Shown here: piece by piece, positions 35,901-38,439 of the stretch | How the letters are laid out: every line of letters begins with the position of its first letter | Position numbering within the stretch: the first letter of the stretch is position 1 | From: Trueperaceae bacterium | GTDB lineage: Bacteria; Deinococcota; Deinococci; Deinococcales; Trueperaceae | Assembly (NCBI GenBank): GCA_035703635.1 | Contig: DASSXV010000064.1 | Span: forward strand, 1-38,439 | Reading direction: 5' to 3' | DNA: 38,439 bases | Translations under genes and position numbers: made by a program | The notes under the pieces: generated by a model | Seen by the model: only the letters and a program-made list of their open reading frames with translations | What the model was told of the DNA's origin: nothing | The model's database searches: none

Positions 35901-37139
35901 GTGAAGAGTTCGAGTTGGCAACGCATTCTCTTCGTCATGTTCGTTACGCAGTTGCTTGCCTCCATCGGCTTCTCGACGATCTTCCCTTTCCTACCCAATT
36001 ACGTTGAGTTCCTAGGCGTCCGGACGGGCGGATCGCTCGTCTTCTGGGTCGCTGCGGTGTTCAGCGTGCAGGCGGCCGCCATGATGATCGCCTCACCGAT
36101 CTGGGGCGCCATCGCTGACCGCCACGGCCGCAAACTCATGCTCGAGCGGGCACTCTTCGCTGGCGCCGCCGTCATCCTCCTGATGGGCTTCGTGCGCAGC
36201 GCGGAGGAGTTGACGTTCCTCAGGCTCATCCAGGGGCTTACTACCGGCGTGGTCAGCGCGGCGAACTCCATGGTGGCTGCGACAGCGCCGCGCCAGCGCC
36301 TTGGTTACGCCATGGGGATGATGCAGACGGCGTCGTGGGCTGGCGCCTCGGTTGGCCCGATGATCGGCGGCGCCCTCCAGTACTTCTTCGGTTTCCGCTT
36401 CTCGTTCGTAGTCACTGCCGCGTTGATGCTGGCTGGCGGCCTGCTCGTGCTGTTCGGAGTGAAGGAGAACTTCATTGCCCCGCCGCGGACCGAGCGCGGC
36501 ATAGGCGGGTTGGTCCATGCCTGGCGCGACGTCGTGCGCACTGCTGGGGTGCCGCTCGCGTACTTCCTGCGCTTCAGCGCGTGGCTTGGCCGCACCATGC
36601 TCGTGCCGTTCCTACCACTGTTCATCGCTACCATCACCGTAGACAAGGACCTCGCAGGGATGTACACGGGGTTAGCCATCGGCTTGGCCGCCGCCTCGTC
36701 TACCTTGAGCGGCGTACTACTAGGTCGCCTCTCCGACCGCGTCGGCTACAAACCGATCCTAGTGGCGTCCGCCCTAGGTTGCGCCGTCTTCTACGTGCCG
36801 ATGGCCTACGTCACCGACGTCGTTCAGCTCATCGTGGTCAACGTGCTCATCGGCTTCGCCATCGGCGGCGTCCTGCCTGCCATCTCCGCCATGCTCGCGC
36901 GTCTCACCCCGCGCAACGTGGCGGGCGCCGTATACGGGCTAGACAACTCGGTAGCGGCGGCATCACGCGCGCTAGCGCCGGTCATGGCTGGCGCCATCGT
37001 CACCCTCACCAGCTTGCCAGGCTCGACCAACTACCGCACGATCTTCCTCGTTACGGCCGCCCTGTTCCTCGTCACGGCACTGGTGGCGGCGTGGCGCCTG
37101 CCGCGCTCGGAGCGAGAGGCGTCAGCCACCGAGACCTAA
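35901..37139 (+). CDS. MFS transporter, DHA1/MdtG-like
   Basis: PFLPNYVEFLG, SPIWGAIADRHGRKLML, GRLSDRVG; GGAGG SD. Confidence 0.9.
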   Translation: MKSSSWQRILFVMFVTQLLASIGFSTIFPFLPNYVEFLGVRTGGSLVFWVAAVFSVQAAAMMIASPIWGAIADRHGRKLMLERALFAGAAVILLMGFVRSAEELTFLRLIQGLTTGVVSAANSMVAATAPRQRLGYAMGMMQTASWAGASVGPMIGGALQYFFGFRFSFVVTAALMLAGGLLVLFGVKENFIAPPRTERGIGGLVHAWRDVVRTAGVPLAYFLRFSAWLGRTMLVPFLPLFIATITVDKDLAGMYTGLAIGLAAASSTLSGVLLGRLSDRVGYKPILVASALGCAVFYVPMAYVTDVVQLIVVNVLIGFAIGGVLPAISAMLARLTPRNVAGAVYGLDNSVAAASRALAPVMAGAIVTLTSLPGSTNYRTIFLVTAALFLVTALVAAWRLPRSEREASATET

Positions 37140-37159
37140 GATCTGGTGTACGCAGGTCG

Positions 37160-37188
37160 TTGACTTGGCAGCCAACCAGCGGTACCGT
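37160..37188 (+). promoter_or_regulatory. Sigma70-type promoter for the thi leader
   Basis: TTGACT-17 nt-TACCGT just upstream of the riboswitch. Confidence 0.7.
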
Positions 37189-37196
37189 CGCGCTGT

Positions 37197-37284
37197 CACC
37201 AGGGGTGTCCGGTAGCCGTACAGCGGCGTCCGGGCTGAGAGCACACCCTAGAACCTGACCCCGGTAATGCGGGCGGAGGGAGAG
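37197..37284 (+). ncRNA. TPP (THI-box) riboswitch
   Basis: AGGGGTG...GCTGAGA..CACCC.AGAACCTGA....GTAATGC..GCGGAGGGA consensus upstream of thiB; a CGTCC/GGACG stem (37312-37334) overlaps the SD. Confidence 0.93.
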
Positions 37285-37341
37285 TGACGCAAGGCCCCCT
37301 AAGTGGGCCCGCGTCCGTAGGTGATAGAAGGACGTGCCATC

Positions 37342-38433
37342 ATGCGTAACCTCCAGTCAATCGTGCTCGCTCTCTTGCTTGCATTGGGCGGTGCGGCAAG
37401 TGCCCAACGCATTACGGTGCTAACGCACGACTCGTTCGCCTTGCCGCAGGTGCTTCTCGACGACTTCACCGCGCACACCGGCATCAAGGTCACGCTCCTC
37501 CAGGGCGGCGACGCGGGAGAGGTCGTCAACCGTGCCGTGCTGACCAAAGCGCGCCCTCTAGCAGACGTACTGTTCGGCGTAGACGGCAGCCTGCTCGAGC
37601 GTGTCCGCAGCGAGGGGATCTTCGAGCCGTACCTCAGCCCCGAGCTGGCGCGCGTGCGCCCCGAGCTGCTGTTAGCCGCAGACGGCCTAGTCACCCCGGT
37701 CGATGTTGGATACGTCCTACCGAACGTTGACAGCGACTGGTTCGCGCAGCATGACTTGGCGCTCCCTGCCACCCTCGAGGCGCTGGCGGCCCCCGAGTAC
37801 CGCGGCCTCACGGTCGTTGAGAACCCGGCTAGCTCGAGCCCCGGCTTGGCGTTCTTGCTAGCAACCGTCGTGCGTTTCGGCGACGCGGCAGCGGGGGTGC
37901 CAGGCACGCACGCTGGCTTCGACGATTGGCTCGACTTCTGGGCGGCACTGGTTGCCAACGACGTCGCGGTGGCTGACGGCTGGTCGGACGCCTACTACAC
38001 GCAGTTCACGCGTTACGGCGGCGCGAGCCCGATCGTCGTGAGCTACGCGACGAGCCCTGCGGCAGAGGTGATCTTCTCGGACGTGCCGCTGCAGATGTCG
38101 CCGACCGCGAACCTGCAGTGCGCCGGCTGCGCGTACCGCCAGGTCGAGGGCATCGGCATCCTCAAGGGCACGAAGGAGCCGGAGGCGGCCGCGGCCTTCG
38201 TCGACTTCATGCTAAGCGCCGCGGTCCAGACCGCTATCCCGCTTGCCATGTTCGTCGACCCCGTCGTAACGGACGTCGACTTGCCGCCCGAGTTCGTGGC
38301 TCATGGCCAGCTGGAGCCGAGCACCATCGCGACGCCCCTCGACGCCACGCTCGTGCAAGCCAACCAGGCGCGCTGGTTGCGGCAGTGGACGGCCGTCGTG
38401 CTACAGGGCCGCGGCCCTGCCAGCGTCAGGTGA
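37342..38433 (+). CDS. thiB: Thiamine ABC transporter substrate-binding protein
   Basis: VLTHDSF, GDAG, PLADVLFGVD, NPASSSPGLAFL, GWSDAY, VVSYATSPAAE, RQVEG; TPP riboswitch upstream. GTGA at the stop suggests a coupled next gene cut off by the window edge. Confidence 0.92.
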   Translation: MRNLQSIVLALLLALGGAASAQRITVLTHDSFALPQVLLDDFTAHTGIKVTLLQGGDAGEVVNRAVLTKARPLADVLFGVDGSLLERVRSEGIFEPYLSPELARVRPELLLAADGLVTPVDVGYVLPNVDSDWFAQHDLALPATLEALAAPEYRGLTVVENPASSSPGLAFLLATVVRFGDAAAGVPGTHAGFDDWLDFWAALVANDVAVADGWSDAYYTQFTRYGGASPIVVSYATSPAAEVIFSDVPLQMSPTANLQCAGCAYRQVEGIGILKGTKEPEAAAAFVDFMLSAAVQTAIPLAMFVDPVVTDVDLPPEFVAHGQLEPSTIATPLDATLVQANQARWLRQWTAVVLQGRGPASVR

Positions 38434-38439
38434 GCGCTC

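Overview
High-GC (roughly 68-70% by eye) bacterial chromosomal segment. Gene content and many leaderless-type starts suggest Deinococcota, possibly Trueperaceae (inference). I found no rRNA, tRNA, CRISPR array, transposase or phage gene. Most of the window is housekeeping: rsmI, SpoIID/LytB, a dienoyl-CoA-reductase-type SDR, acnA, trxA, mqnC plus a probable aminodeoxyfutalosine deaminase, an MreB-family actin, MATE, LOG, HAD, mutS2, an AlkA-like glycosylase, pta, an MFS transporter, and a TPP riboswitch ahead of thiB. Two modules stand out. (1) 11015-17608: a 1052-aa HTH-like/STAND-like P-loop/TPR protein with a degenerate Walker B heads an apparent operon with acuA-acuB-acuC (lysine acetyltransferase, CBS-ACT sensor, deacetylase) and a beta-hydroxyacid dehydrogenase, with no acsA nearby. 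(2) 31475-35760: a divergent island with two DUF2249 proteins, DUF1858, a His-less cupin, a ferredoxin, DUF59/SufT, two membrane proteins with NnrS/heme-copper-oxidase-like repeats and a Crp/Fnr regulator. One ATGAC-N4-GTCAT palindrome sits about 42 bp from both divergent starts. Smaller signals include an unannotated 45-aa membrane ORF, a CstR-like (C-Y-C) CsoR-family repressor with its operator, a hairpin-bridged SD for pta, and a 12-bp inverted repeat whose loop is a -10 box. Family calls come from motif recognition by eye; no searches were run.
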